A stretch of DNA of 64,000 bases from Nitrosopumilus sp. (GTDB taxonomy: Archaea; Thermoproteota; Nitrososphaeria; Nitrososphaerales; Nitrosopumilaceae), in assembly GCA_965238275.1 (NCBI GenBank), contig OZ250186.1:1440001-1504000 (forward strand), read 5' to 3'. Under the pieces are notes generated by a model. The model was given only the letters and a program-made list of their open reading frames with translations. It did not search any database and was not told where the DNA came from. Of the stretch, positions 32,168 through 42,519 are shown piece after piece (position 1 is the stretch's first letter; every line of letters starts with the position of its first letter). The translations under genes were made by a program, and so were the position numbers.

Positions 32168-32311
32168 ATGGCATTACGGTATGTGAGAAGCTTGAACGCT
32201 AAGGACTGGAAAAATGTTGTAGAGACACTTGAGCGTGGACCGACTGAAGAACAAAAAAAGATTATGAGAATTGCTATAAAAGAAGCTAGCAAGATGAAAG
32301 TAACCAAATAG
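32168..32311 (+). CDS. Small putative antitoxin (47 aa) upstream of GNAT toxin
   Basis: LNAKDWKNVVETLERGP resembles the DUF1778/TacA-type C-terminus; ends 2 nt before GNAT start. Confidence 0.5.
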   Translation: MALRYVRSLNAKDWKNVVETLERGPTEEQKKIMRIAIKEASKMKVTK

Positions 32312-32419
32312 CCATGTTACGTCAACCCATTGATTTTCACGATGTCAAGATTAAAAGATTCAGAACCAACATAAGTGGCATACGTAATTTTGAATGTGCA
32401 AATGCAGAGATGACACACT

Positions 32420-34101
32420 AGATCTCATGCAGAATGTGCCTGATTTAAAAAACTGAATTAAATTGGGTTATTCCCACGTGCGGCACCACATGCGGCCGAA
32501 TATCCACAGAATCGTAAAGCATGCCAATCCAAGAAGGATAACCGAAACGTTAAGATCGGTGATTTTTACGCCACACCGTGATGGCAATGCTAGTTGATCC
32601 AACGGTGCAGAGATTACGGCAGGAAAACGAGGCGCTCAGGGAGTCGGATGAATCCTGCCGGCAGAGGATCAGGGCCCTCAGGGAAGCACGCAGGACAGAC
32701 CGACAGAAGTGCGAGGCGCTCAAGGAACGCCTGACTGATCACTGGACCGTCACGTCGAGGGTTCTCGACGACATCATAAAATATCCGGAATTCCTGCACG
32801 CCATGACGCTGCGCACCCCGGAAAAGTTTGGCCACACGCTGAACCGCCTCGAGGAGCTTTTGGAGCGGAACGGGGAGACTGCGCTCTTCCGGGAAATCGA
32901 GAACAGATCGAAAAACTCCGGGAGCAGGCGCATCCTGCCCCTGAGGCACGCGTACCTGCTGTGGCTGTTTCGGACAAGGCTGAGCATACCGCAGGAAGCC
33001 CTTGCCGCGATGTTTGGCGTCGACCAGGCCACCGTCTCCAGGTATCTCCCGTTGATGACCAGGCTGCTAGGCGAGACAGGCACGGCGCCGCGCAAAATCA
33101 GCGAGGCTGTACAAAAGGCCAAGACACTCGAGGAGAGCAAGAAGATAATACCCGGCAGGAGGGGAGGAGAACTGATGGTGGACGGCACGCACAACCGGGT
33201 CAGAAGGTCCGCGGACATGGAGAGACGCAAAAAGACGTACTCTGGCAAGAAGAAGGCGCACACGTACAATACCAACATCGTGATCAACAAGCGCCGCGTG
33301 ATAGTGGCGATAAGCAAGACCGTTCCGGGCAGCGTCCACGACAAGACCCTGCTCAACGAGGATCCGCCAAACCTTGGAATCATTACGGCAAGGATGGGCC
33401 AGAAGGACGTGCCCGAAAAAGAAAAGCCTGACGTCCTGATGGACAAGGGCTACCAAGGGACAAGAGAGGAATATCCCGGATGGCACATCAGGCACCCGCA
33501 CAAGAAAAAGCGTGGAGCCGACAAAAAGACCGGCGGCCTGACAAAGAAGCAGCGCGCCTACAACAAGAGGGTAAACAGCTCCCGTGTGGCCATAGAGCAC
33601 GTTATCGGAAGCCTGAAACAGTACAAGAGGCTGACTGACCCGTACGACGGCACCGAGGAGGAGTACAACGACGAGCTCAACGCGATTGCGGGAATGGTAA
33701 ACCAGGATCTGATGTGGGACGAAATAAAACTCAGGGACGCGGACCTTCTCAAAAGGCTGGCCGAAAAAAGGGCGCGCCTCTGAGACAGGGCGGCACGAGC
33801 CGCCTGACGGAGTGAAAGGCAGGTGGCATCAGGCAGTGCAGGAATGTCGCGCACGGCATCCAATATTTGTGCAAATTCCCCCACCATTCCCCATGAAACA
33901 ACCTGCCGCCCCGGGGACGGATGCCGCACATCCACAGGACGTGCCTTATTTTCCAATACTGGAAACTGGATTTTTCACATGGACGTGCAAGACAAATTTG
34001 TAAAATATACGGCAGACGAGATTTTCAAATATGGCCACGGCTAGCGCAGTTCTGACATGATTTTATGATTTGCCACGTCAGGCACATTCTGCATAGGATC
34101 T
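32420..34101 (+). mobile_element. IS5-family (ISL2-like) element, 24-bp imperfect TIRs, short TSD (ACT, or TA with ends moved in by 1 nt)
   Basis: AGATCTCATGCAGAATGTGCCTGA at 32420 vs TCAGGCACATTCTGCATAGGATCT ending 34101. Confidence 0.85.
32578..33783 (+). CDS. DDE transposase (DDE_Tnp_4/HTH_Tnp_4 type), intact
   Basis: LAAMFGVDQATVSR, VDGT, YSGKKKAHT, PGSVHD, DKGYQG, RVAIEHVIGSLK. Confidence 0.9.
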   Translation: MMAMLVDPTVQRLRQENEALRESDESCRQRIRALREARRTDRQKCEALKERLTDHWTVTSRVLDDIIKYPEFLHAMTLRTPEKFGHTLNRLEELLERNGETALFREIENRSKNSGSRRILPLRHAYLLWLFRTRLSIPQEALAAMFGVDQATVSRYLPLMTRLLGETGTAPRKISEAVQKAKTLEESKKIIPGRRGGELMVDGTHNRVRRSADMERRKKTYSGKKKAHTYNTNIVINKRRVIVAISKTVPGSVHDKTLLNEDPPNLGIITARMGQKDVPEKEKPDVLMDKGYQGTREEYPGWHIRHPHKKKRGADKKTGGLTKKQRAYNKRVNSSRVAIEHVIGSLKQYKRLTDPYDGTEEEYNDELNAIAGMVNQDLMWDEIKLRDADLLKRLAEKRARL

Positions 34102-34645
34102 ACTATCTAAGAGATGGTGCCGATGATGATCAAAGAGACCAAAAAGGCCGAACGTGGGTTTTTTAGTATAAGAGAGGGGTAATTGGGTATATTACGATTG
34201 CAATGTCACACATGGATCCTATTGATATTTCCGAATACTCTAGCACGTTTAAGATTCCCGCATTGTTGGTTGGCTATCTTGCAGTTCATGAAATGTGGGA
34301 AGGATTAGGAGTGGGAAGGCATATGATGTATTGGGCAATGAGGAAAGCAAGAGACTATTCAAGATCAATAGGCTGTAGAACGGTAGTGGTATATCCATTA
34401 CCTGATGCCATAGCGTTTTATGAAAAAATAGGATTTACTCATGCGGAGATGGATTATAGTATGTTTTTTGACATCGGTAGGGATGTTGATATTACGGATG
34501 AAATTACATTTGACAATTTATAGAAATATTACCACAAACATTTACCGATCATGTTTTTTTGTTATGGGCGTCTTGCCAAAATTCCAGACCACATGCTTGG
34601 ATGAAGGCAAAGGGATTGGCGGCCATCTCTATTATTCGCTTGGAA

Positions 34646-34765
34646 GGCTCTGTTCAAATATGATGATCTGAGGGATTTGCCGTTCAAAAGTGAGATTTGT
34701 TGATCCTACCCAGAGCTTGCAGAATTAACTGTTCTAAAACGAGATCACCATATTTGCACAGAGCC
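34646..34765 (-). mobile_element. MITE copy 2 (about 120 bp), inverted relative to copy 1
   Basis: Reverse complement of 31786-31903 with few differences. Confidence 0.8.
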
Positions 34766-34853
34766 TGTACCCCGATGCTTTCCAAGTAGAATCATACCCA
34801 GATAAGTTACCAGTGCACACCCATCGAAATTCATAAAAGATCTGAGCAGTCAT

Positions 34854-35591
34854 ATGGGATATGTTCGAGACCACCCGGATTGGAAAATTATAGGTACGAT
34901 GACGGACAATCGAGATCAAGGCGACGGACATGCAGGTGGCAGTAATTCAGGTCAGGCCACGGTGATATTTGATAGCAGTGCCCTTCTCTTCGTGGTATTG
35001 GACGGGATGGGACTCAGACAATGCTCCGGATTCGAAGTCACAAAGGTACGTGGATTCATGGAAGGAAAAAACTTGGCGGTAGTGGGCACTGTTCTCACAG
35101 AGATCACCAACGTCGTCCTCGCCAAGTGTAACACAGGTACGCTGGGTAAGGATTATCAGCTAAAATCACCAATCGAGATTATCAGAATGGTGAATGATGT
35201 TCTGCCGAAGGGATATGAAAAGATAGATGTCAGGAGAATGGATTACGAGAAACACTTGAAGGCAATGATATCTATGATGGACAGGATTGTGGAGATGCCG
35301 GATAGCAAGACGGCAAGGAGATGGCTAAGACTCAAAAGAACGATGCTGCGTGATAAATGTGCGAGAAAGGAAGGCGAGAAAGGAGACGTCTGGACACGAC
35401 GGAAACTTAGGTATCTGAGGAGAGAGGCAAAGAGAAACGACGCGAAGATGCTGGCCAAGGCGATGTGGTTATCTGATAAGAGGAAGGTTTACTTTGTATC
35501 GAATGACGGGGATCATCTCATATTCGATGAGTGGGCCGAAAACAGAACCGGGGGGAGGATTGAGATATGCAGGCCGTCTGTCCTTCCATGA
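34854..35591 (+). CDS. PIN-domain-like protein
   Basis: VIFDSSAL, VLTEI, NDAKML, FVSNDGDH acidic pattern. Confidence 0.6.
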   Translation: MGYVRDHPDWKIIGTMTDNRDQGDGHAGGSNSGQATVIFDSSALLFVVLDGMGLRQCSGFEVTKVRGFMEGKNLAVVGTVLTEITNVVLAKCNTGTLGKDYQLKSPIEIIRMVNDVLPKGYEKIDVRRMDYEKHLKAMISMMDRIVEMPDSKTARRWLRLKRTMLRDKCARKEGEKGDVWTRRKLRYLRREAKRNDAKMLAKAMWLSDKRKVYFVSNDGDHLIFDEWAENRTGGRIEICRPSVLP

Positions 35592-35711
35592 GAACATTCG
35601 GACGCGTGCTGCCTAACGGGTTCGGACCATACCAAACGGTAGTTAACACGGAGAATTACCAACGCTAAGTTAAGAGTGCGCCTCTGTATGTTTTATTAGT
35701 CACATCATTTC

Positions 35712-35855
35712 ATGTCCCCCATGGTAGTAGTGTGCTGTATCTGCAAGAAAAACCCCAGTACGCTGAAGATCCGCGATGGCAATCCCAAATACAGGGGAAA
35801 ACCGATATGCAAGGAGTGTCAGGGGTACCGAAAACTGTTGCGGGAAACAAAATAA
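35712..35855 (+). CDS. 47-aa zinc-finger microprotein (not in ORF track)
   Basis: MSPMVVVCCICKKNP..KPICKECQGYRKLLRETK; two CxxC motifs. Confidence 0.6.
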   Translation: MSPMVVVCCICKKNPSTLKIRDGNPKYRGKPICKECQGYRKLLRETK

Positions 35856-35858
35856 CAT

Positions 35859-36095
35859 TCAGGATTTGTTCTTTTTGACCCATTCCTCATACATGCCGAT
35901 AAGATCATCGACATCCTTGCCGTCCTCTGCATACGTGACGATCACGCCAAACGCACCCTTGCTGTCATGGCCTCTTGCAAAATACCCCCAGTAGGCATCG
36001 GGCAGCTTGGCAAAATTCTTTCCGTCATGGGACACGCCTATGAGGTTGTTGCCTATTACCTCCAGAACCTTCTTCGCGCTTTCTTTTTCAATCAT
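35859..36095 (-). CDS. Hypothetical protein
   Basis: MIEKESAKKVLEVIG.., convergent with previous ORF. Confidence 0.6.
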   Translation of the reverse strand: MIEKESAKKVLEVIGNNLIGVSHDGKNFAKLPDAYWGYFARGHDSKGAFGVIVTYAEDGKDVDDLIGMYEEWVKKNKS

Positions 36096-36611
36096 GGATT
36101 GGCATAATCCGGGTGGAATAAAAGTGAGTTGCATCTGCCAATCCACTGCCGGGTTATGACGCAAATCCCCGTGTTCGTATGCTGGTCATAATCCTGGCAC
36201 TATCAAACTAATTGTAAAACCCCACAATTATTTATCAACGCATGGCGTATCTGATTCAAAACGAACGTTGTATTGTCGCCGTGTCTGCGGTTTATGCCAT
36301 TGATTGGTTTTGGAATGACGGCTGCGTGTGAACAAAAAAAAAAAAAAAATCATAAATAACCACAATACAACATTTTTAGTAAATTCGAGATCTTTGACCA
36401 ACATGTTCTGGAATTCAAAATTGTGGCACGATGACGCCAGAATCCCCAGGGCATCTGCTGTTACAGTGCAAATGAGGATCATGTTTTGTAAATTATGGCT
36501 TGCCTGCGATTCGAGTGTCCGATGCAATCCGAATACCACCACTCCCGACATGAAAAATACCGGAAATAAACCACAAAGTTCAGATTTAAATATGGTTTTT
36601 GCATAATTCTT

Positions 36612-38585
36612 TTGTTGTATTATGTGTCTGGGCTGCTTGCGATGGCAGTCGGCGTACTTGCAATTTCTGCTGTTCTTCCGGTTGCCTTTGGACACGGAAT
36701 CGGAGGTGATCAGGCAGAACCCATCAGCTTTGAGGGCATGGAAGTAACGGTACGCACTGACATTACACCAGCTGATCTTACCATTGGAAGTATCGATGAT
36801 GTCAACCTGAAGATTAGGTTCTTTGATCTTTTGACGGACAATACGCTGGAGAAGGTGACGTACAGGGTGGAAATCTGGAAGAACGAACTGCTTGCGGGAA
36901 CTTCCTTTTATGATGATGACGGGATACTCTACGTGGAGGTTCGCCCAACTGCTGATTGCGATGATGTGGTTCTCTGGCGATGCACCATATACGGCGGCTC
37001 GGAGCACTCGCTATCCGTGGAAGCCCTGTACGTCCAGGGGCTGGAATGCAACGACGACAACCTAGATGCCTGTGCAAGGCCCACTATCACAGGACCGGTA
37101 TTTGACAGGGGCGGCCTGTACAACATCAAGATAGACATCACTGGTGCAACCAGTCCGAAGGCGCTGGTTGCAGAGAGATTAAGCTACGATACGTTTGTCA
37201 GCATCGCACAGGAACAGGACTTTTTAATCAGCACGGCACACGCACAGGAAGTTCCCGTAGTCGTCAAGACATACTATGACGATGTGAAAAACTTTGCATT
37301 TGATGCCTCTGACAACTCCATCACGTTTGACATGCCGTTTGACTGGAGTCCAGACTATGTGGATCTGGTTCCTGTGGTGCACGAGGAGATTCAGATCCCG
37401 TCAAGCTTTGCACCATATGCCAGCGGAACGCAGTTCACGGGATACGTCAACGGGATTGAGCTTGGCCAGAGGGCGCTGCTCAACGATCCATACACCACAG
37501 ACGACACAAACATCATTCATTTCCTGGTATCCCAGACCGAACTGCTAAAGATCAATGATGCCCTGGGTCCGGAACACCATGCCAACAAAAACATGAACTT
37601 TAGACTGGTTCCGTCAGACGGAGCCTCAAAGAACTTTGCAGAGTTTTATCTTGTGGATACGGTAAACTTCGAACCGACCCCGACTACCGTCCAACTTTCA
37701 TGGGACAGCACATACGGTGCAGGCCAGACGGTTCCGTTCGAGTTTGCGTTCTTTGATTCGGACAGGCAGCTTGTCCGGGATGTCTGGTACGCATATTCTG
37801 TATCTGATGAATCCGGGCAGGAACTCTCCTCGTCTGTTGCACGCGATCCTGACAACCCTGCAATCCTCTCCTCTGAGGGAATCGATGTACAGGATATTCA
37901 TGTCCCATCAGAGGGCCTGCTCAGGATTGACGTTTTGGTGGTGGGGGCCGGACTGGATTATGATGCCACCAACTCGGGAATCGGCTCTGCACGTGTAGAG
38001 GTGGGTTCAGGTCAGATATCTGCCCTTGCTGAGACCCCGCCCACGCCTCCGACTGATCTGCTGGAAACTCTGCCTCCGACTGATCTGCTGGAAACTCTGC
38101 CTCCGACTGATCTGCTGGAAACTCTGCCTCCGACTGATCTGCTGGAAACCACACCGCCGGATGATTCTACTGGAGAATCCAACGGAGGTGGCGGTGGCTG
38201 CCTGATTGCAACTGCCGCATACGGTTCGGAGATTGCACCGCAGGTACAGCAGTTGAGGGAGCTCAGGGACAATACGGTTCTGCCAACAGGGTCAGGCGCT
38301 GCATTCATGGCATTATTCAACCAGGTGTACTATTCGTTCTCTCCTGCAATAGCCGATCTGCAAAGAGAGCATCCAGTATTCAGGGAGGCAGTAAGGATAG
38401 CACTGACCCCGATGCTGGCATCCCTGTCCCTGCTGAATCATGCAGACATCGACTCTGAAGGGGAGATGCTAGGTTATGGAGTCTCCATAATACTGCTGAA
38501 TCTTGGAATGTATGTCGGATCTCCGGTGTTTGGGGCTGCTGCAATAATATGCAGAAATAGGCAAAAAAAGATCAAGAAATTCTAG
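36612..38585 (+). CDS. Secreted surface protein with CFI-box-CTERM domain
   Basis: Signal peptide; GGGCLIATAAYGSEIAPQVQQLRELRD and C-terminal TM. Confidence 0.85.
   Translation: MLYYVSGLLAMAVGVLAISAVLPVAFGHGIGGDQAEPISFEGMEVTVRTDITPADLTIGSIDDVNLKIRFFDLLTDNTLEKVTYRVEIWKNELLAGTSFYDDDGILYVEVRPTADCDDVVLWRCTIYGGSEHSLSVEALYVQGLECNDDNLDACARPTITGPVFDRGGLYNIKIDITGATSPKALVAERLSYDTFVSIAQEQDFLISTAHAQEVPVVVKTYYDDVKNFAFDASDNSITFDMPFDWSPDYVDLVPVVHEEIQIPSSFAPYASGTQFTGYVNGIELGQRALLNDPYTTDDTNIIHFLVSQTELLKINDALGPEHHANKNMNFRLVPSDGASKNFAEFYLVDTVNFEPTPTTVQLSWDSTYGAGQTVPFEFAFFDSDRQLVRDVWYAYSVSDESGQELSSSVARDPDNPAILSSEGIDVQDIHVPSEGLLRIDVLVVGAGLDYDATNSGIGSARVEVGSGQISALAETPPTPPTDLLETLPPTDLLETLPPTDLLETLPPTDLLETTPPDDSTGESNGGGGGCLIATAAYGSEIAPQVQQLRELRDNTVLPTGSGAAFMALFNQVYYSFSPAIADLQREHPVFREAVRIALTPMLASLSLLNHADIDSEGEMLGYGVSIILLNLGMYVGSPVFGAAAIICRNRQKKIKKF
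38046..38149 (+). repeat. 27-bp tandem repeat, about 3.9 copies (PPTDLLETL)
   Basis: CCTCCGACTGATCTGCTGGAAACTCTG perfect copies in linker. Confidence 0.95.
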
Positions 38586-38781
38586 TCACGGCAGCCGTTT
38601 CCTGTCTTGGATTTTTCCTGCTTTCTTGCCCATGTTGCGTCAGGGGATCGCGAGATCCATGATTTTCAGTCTGACTGGTTTAATTTTGCATGAATTTTTT
38701 TGCGTCACTCGGGATGTGGTGGTGATGATGGTGATGATGACTGTTGTGGACGATGCCTTGCCGGATACACACGACTGCACA

Positions 38782-40068
38782 TTACGGCCTGAGCCTGTCC
38801 GGATCCCTCGGATACAGCACGACCTCGCGGACGTTGTCCACCCCGATTATGGTGGCCATCAGCCTGTCCAGCCCCATCCCCCATCCGGAATGCGGCGGCA
38901 TCCCCCAGTCAAAGGCCTTGAGGTGGTCTGTAAACTGGGCCGGGTCAAGCCCCTGCTCCTTCAGCCTGCCCTTTAGCACCTCGGGATCGTGAAGCCTCGT
39001 GCCACCTGAGGACAGCTCCAGGTACCCGTACTGCAGGTCAAAGGAGCGGGAGACGGCGGCATCCTCGTCCTTCTCCATTATGTAAAACGGCTTGAGCCGT
39101 ATCGGCCAGTCCGTCAAAAAGAAGAACCCCGGATGGTTCTTTCCTATTATTCTCAGATGCGAATCCAGCAGGTCGTCTCCAAACTCCACCTTCTGATCCT
39201 CCCCGCGGAGCTCCTCGACGCACTGCCCGTACGTGATCCTCTCAAACGGGGATTTTGGGACGCTGATGGTATTCCCGATGGCCTCCTGCTCTGCCCTGCA
39301 GTTCTCTGATGCAGACTTGTACACTGCAGTCACCAGGCCCTCCAGCACGTCCATGACGTCGTCATAGTCCATGAATGCCGCCTCTATGTCTATGCTGGTA
39401 AACTCGCTCAGGTGCCTGCCCGTGTGGGAGTTTTCTGCACGGTAAAAGTTTGATATCTCAAATACCCTCTCCAGCCCTATGGTCATCTGCTCCTTGTACA
39501 GCTGCGGGCTTTGTGCCAGGTATGCCGTCTTTCCAAAGTATTCCAGCGAGAACAGGTTGGCGCCCCCCTCGCTTGCGCTGCCGATAATCTTGGGCGTCGT
39601 TATCTCTATGAATTTTTTTTGTGTCAGGATGCTGCGCAGGGACTGCAGCACGTGGTGTCTCATCTTGAATATTGACGCAGTCTTTTGGTTTCTCATGTCC
39701 AGGGCGCGATGGTTCAGCCTCGTGTCGATGTTGCTCTCCAGCCTGCCAATCGGGTCGACCGGAAGCGGATGGACGGCCCTTCCCAGCACCTCCACGGCAT
39801 CTGCATTAATCTCAAACGAATAGTCCCTGGCCCTTGTCTCCTGGACTGTTCCGCTTACCCTGACTGTGCTCTGCCTGCTGATCTCTCCCATGCCCTCGTT
39901 TGTCTCCCCCTTTACGATCACCTGGGATATTCCCGACACGTCCCGGAGCGTGATGAATGACATCTTGCCCATCCGTCTGAGATCCTCGACCCAGCCCCCG
40001 AGGACCACGCGCTCCCCGATCATCCCTGCGCCGATATCTGCTATGTCATGCGTCTTGACAAACGTCAT
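38782..40068 (-). CDS. aspS: Aspartate-tRNA(Asp/Asn) ligase, archaeal type
   Basis: OB fold, LAQSPQLYK, YRAENS, PPHSGWGMGLDR, YPRD. Confidence 0.95.
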   Translation of the reverse strand: MTFVKTHDIADIGAGMIGERVVLGGWVEDLRRMGKMSFITLRDVSGISQVIVKGETNEGMGEISRQSTVRVSGTVQETRARDYSFEINADAVEVLGRAVHPLPVDPIGRLESNIDTRLNHRALDMRNQKTASIFKMRHHVLQSLRSILTQKKFIEITTPKIIGSASEGGANLFSLEYFGKTAYLAQSPQLYKEQMTIGLERVFEISNFYRAENSHTGRHLSEFTSIDIEAAFMDYDDVMDVLEGLVTAVYKSASENCRAEQEAIGNTISVPKSPFERITYGQCVEELRGEDQKVEFGDDLLDSHLRIIGKNHPGFFFLTDWPIRLKPFYIMEKDEDAAVSRSFDLQYGYLELSSGGTRLHDPEVLKGRLKEQGLDPAQFTDHLKAFDWGMPPHSGWGMGLDRLMATIIGVDNVREVVLYPRDPDRLRP

Positions 40069-40186
40069 GGCCTGTCGTCCCCGAGGCGCCCCTGTACCGG
40101 GTACGCTGCAGACCATTCCGTGCACGCTAAATGTTCCAACCCAATCAGTCTCTGATGGTGCTGTTTATATCCCTTAATGAGGGCAA

Positions 40187-41161
40187 ATGTTACAACTTGG
40201 ATCTGAGGACATGGCGCTGCTAGATGCCCGCGGACTCTGTGTGACGTATGCCACGTCCGGAGGCTCAGTGTATGCAGTGGACGATGCAGACTTTGATCTG
40301 CGTGACGGGGAGTCGATGGGGATCGCAGGCGAGAGCGCATGCGGAAAGAGCACGCTGGGCCTGTCGGTAATCCGGATGCTCTCGGGCGGAACGGTGCAGG
40401 GCAGGATAACCCTTGACGGACACTCGCTTCTGGACATGGAGGAGTCCGAGTTTGATTCCGAGTACAGGTGGAAGAAGATCTCCATGATGTTCCAGGGCGC
40501 AATGAACTCCCTGGATCCGGTCTTTACAATCCGGGATCAGTTCATAGAGATCCTGCAGCGGCACAGGTTTGAAGGCGACTTTGATGGCGCGATATCTGAC
40601 GCAGTCCGGTCCGTCCGCCTCGATCTGGCAGTTCTCCGCAAGTATCCGCACGAGCTTAGCGGCGGAATGAAGCAGCGCGTAGTCATTGCAATGGCCCTGC
40701 TGCTCAAGCCAGGCATAGTGATTGCCGACGAGCCTACCACCGCCTTGGACGTCCTGATCCAGGCCCAGATAGTCAACCTGCTAAAATCCCTAAAAAAACA
40801 GGGCGTCTCGTTCATACTCATTACGCATGATCTGGCAGTACTCTCCGAGATTGCAGACAAGGTTGCAGTGATGTACGGCGGACACATTGTGGAGTTTGGC
40901 ACCTCAGAGGAGGTCTACAAGAATCCAAGGCACCCGTACACGCAGGGGCTGCTGCAGTCAATTCCGAGGCTGAGAGGCGACAGGCCAAAATCAATCCCCG
41001 GAATACCCCCGAGCCTGCTTGATGCCCCCACCATGTGCAGGTTCATTGACAGGTGCCCCCTGGCAGTTGAAAAATGCAGGGAGGTTCCGCCAAAGTTCAA
41101 GACCAGTACCGGATACGTGCGCTGCTGGCTTGAAGAGAAGGACCCCGCTGCTGCAAAATAA
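40187..41161 (+). CDS. Oligo/dipeptide ABC transporter ATP-binding subunit
   Basis: GESACGKS, YPHELSGGMKQR, DEPTTALD, HPYT, C-terminal Cys motif. Confidence 0.92.
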   Translation: MLQLGSEDMALLDARGLCVTYATSGGSVYAVDDADFDLRDGESMGIAGESACGKSTLGLSVIRMLSGGTVQGRITLDGHSLLDMEESEFDSEYRWKKISMMFQGAMNSLDPVFTIRDQFIEILQRHRFEGDFDGAISDAVRSVRLDLAVLRKYPHELSGGMKQRVVIAMALLLKPGIVIADEPTTALDVLIQAQIVNLLKSLKKQGVSFILITHDLAVLSEIADKVAVMYGGHIVEFGTSEEVYKNPRHPYTQGLLQSIPRLRGDRPKSIPGIPPSLLDAPTMCRFIDRCPLAVEKCREVPPKFKTSTGYVRCWLEEKDPAAAK

Positions 41162-41216
41162 ATCCGCAGCCACGATGCCTGGCGCATGATGCCCATGGGA
41201 TGATCCTGCAGCAGGA

Positions 41217-41594
41217 CTATTCTGAAAACTTTCTTACTATCGGCAGGCAGGAGTCGATGATCCTGAGCATCTCTGATCTGATCACCTTTTTGTCAATTGA
41301 CAGCCACACCCTCAAGGATCCTACCCCAAAGGAGATCGTCTGAACCCTTCTTCTCTCCTCCCAGACAAACTCCACCTCTCCAAGACTCGTGTCAAAGGAA
41401 TGTTCCATGCCCGTCTTTACGGCAATGTGTGCAAACTGGCGCGTGGTATTCTGCTGGTTTAGCAGCGGCACCATGTTCGACCTCCTCCTGTACGCCAAAA
41501 GATGGCCGTCCCCGTCTATGACGCCCACAAACCTGATGTACGGGCTGATTGTTGCAATCTCGCTGCAAATGTCATCAAAGGCTTGCTCCGTCAT
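41217..41594 (-). CDS. DUF6659-like roadblock/profilin-fold protein
   Basis: ICSEIATISPYIRFVGVIDGDG..LGEVEFV. Confidence 0.65.
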   Translation of the reverse strand: MTEQAFDDICSEIATISPYIRFVGVIDGDGHLLAYRRRSNMVPLLNQQNTTRQFAHIAVKTGMEHSFDTSLGEVEFVWEERRRVQTISFGVGSLRVWLSIDKKVIRSEMLRIIDSCLPIVRKFSE

Positions 41595-41844
41595 ACCATT
41601 CCCATCAGAGCATAATATTTTAATCCTTATCCAGAGACGGGCTTGCAGGATTGCCGGAAAGGCCTCAAAATCACACTTTGGCGTGATTCTGGCAATCTCC
41701 GGACTGCGCAAAAACTTGACATGGTTGCCGGTAGTGTGGACTGGAACGTGTCCATTCTTTTAATAACGCCCGGACTGAATTCGTACGGCGTAACGCACGA
41801 GGCGGCCGTGCATGACTCGTCCGGCCATCCATCCCAGACGGCGG

Positions 41845-42216
41845 CTATGCCCCTTTCCCTATCTCGTTTATCTTGCCTATTATCTGGTCTATGTCGGCAG
41901 GCTTTGTCAGAATTGAGTGGATGCCCTTTTTTTGCAGATCCCTTTCCAGATATCCTGTTCCGAGATAAGAGGCCGTAAACAGCACTATCCTTTGCCGGTC
42001 CATCAGGCCATGCTTGATCAAGGTATCCACCACGTCGGATCCCATAAAGTCCGGCATCGAGAGATCCAGGAACACCATGTCATACGTCTCATTACGGATC
42101 TTCTCAAAGCCCTCCCTGCCTCCGGATGCCGAGTCAAACTCGTGTCCGAGGGACTCGACGGTCATCTCAAGCATCTGTATGATGTCCGGATTGTCGTCCA
42201 CTGCAAGTATCCTCAT
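41845..42216 (-). CDS. Single-domain response regulator
   Basis: ILAVDD, FLDLSMP, FTAS, LTKP. Confidence 0.9.
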   Translation of the reverse strand: MRILAVDDNPDIIQMLEMTVESLGHEFDSASGGREGFEKIRNETYDMVFLDLSMPDFMGSDVVDTLIKHGLMDRQRIVLFTASYLGTGYLERDLQKKGIHSILTKPADIDQIIGKINEIGKGA

Positions 42217-42519
42217 GACTTTTTGGAAAAATAGTAAAGTAAAAAAATGCTTCCCTTGCACATGCCGTTCTGGAGGATGTGCCGGATCGCCCTTTGGCAG
42301 TGCATGCAGGCTAGAACCGCGCATGACGGCACAGTACTGCCCCCGATGCGTCACGGCCGCGTCCGGGACTGTCCGGCAGACGCCCTCTTGGGAGGGAGGG
42401 AGGGAGGGATCATGACGTCTGCACGCGGCGTCCGCCATGAGAGGCATTTGGATATCCACGGCTCTTGCAGAACAGCTGCACATAGAGTCTTTTAATTAAC
42501 GCATGAAAGATCCCTGATC

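Larger units (their letters stand above)
32314..34523 (+). pseudogene. GNAT acetyltransferase toxin-like gene split by IS, with an extra nonsense codon
   Basis: NFECANAEMTH | YLRDGADDDQ..TWVF*..IGYITIA..PALLVGYLAV..GLGVG..AFYEKIGF; TAG at 34164-34166. Confidence 0.8.
31746..35677. mobile_element. Non-autonomous cargo element bounded by about 33-bp imperfect IRs and 9-bp direct repeats
   Basis: IR 31753-31785 vs 35642-35673; GCGCCTCTG at 31737-31745 and 35678-35686; AT-rich cargo. Confidence 0.7.

Noticed and set aside
36228-36610. ORFs across the AT-rich spacer with the A16 tract
   Set aside because: Non-protein-like composition; likely spurious
38046-38149. CRISPR array
   Set aside because: Contiguous repeats without spacers, in frame within a CDS
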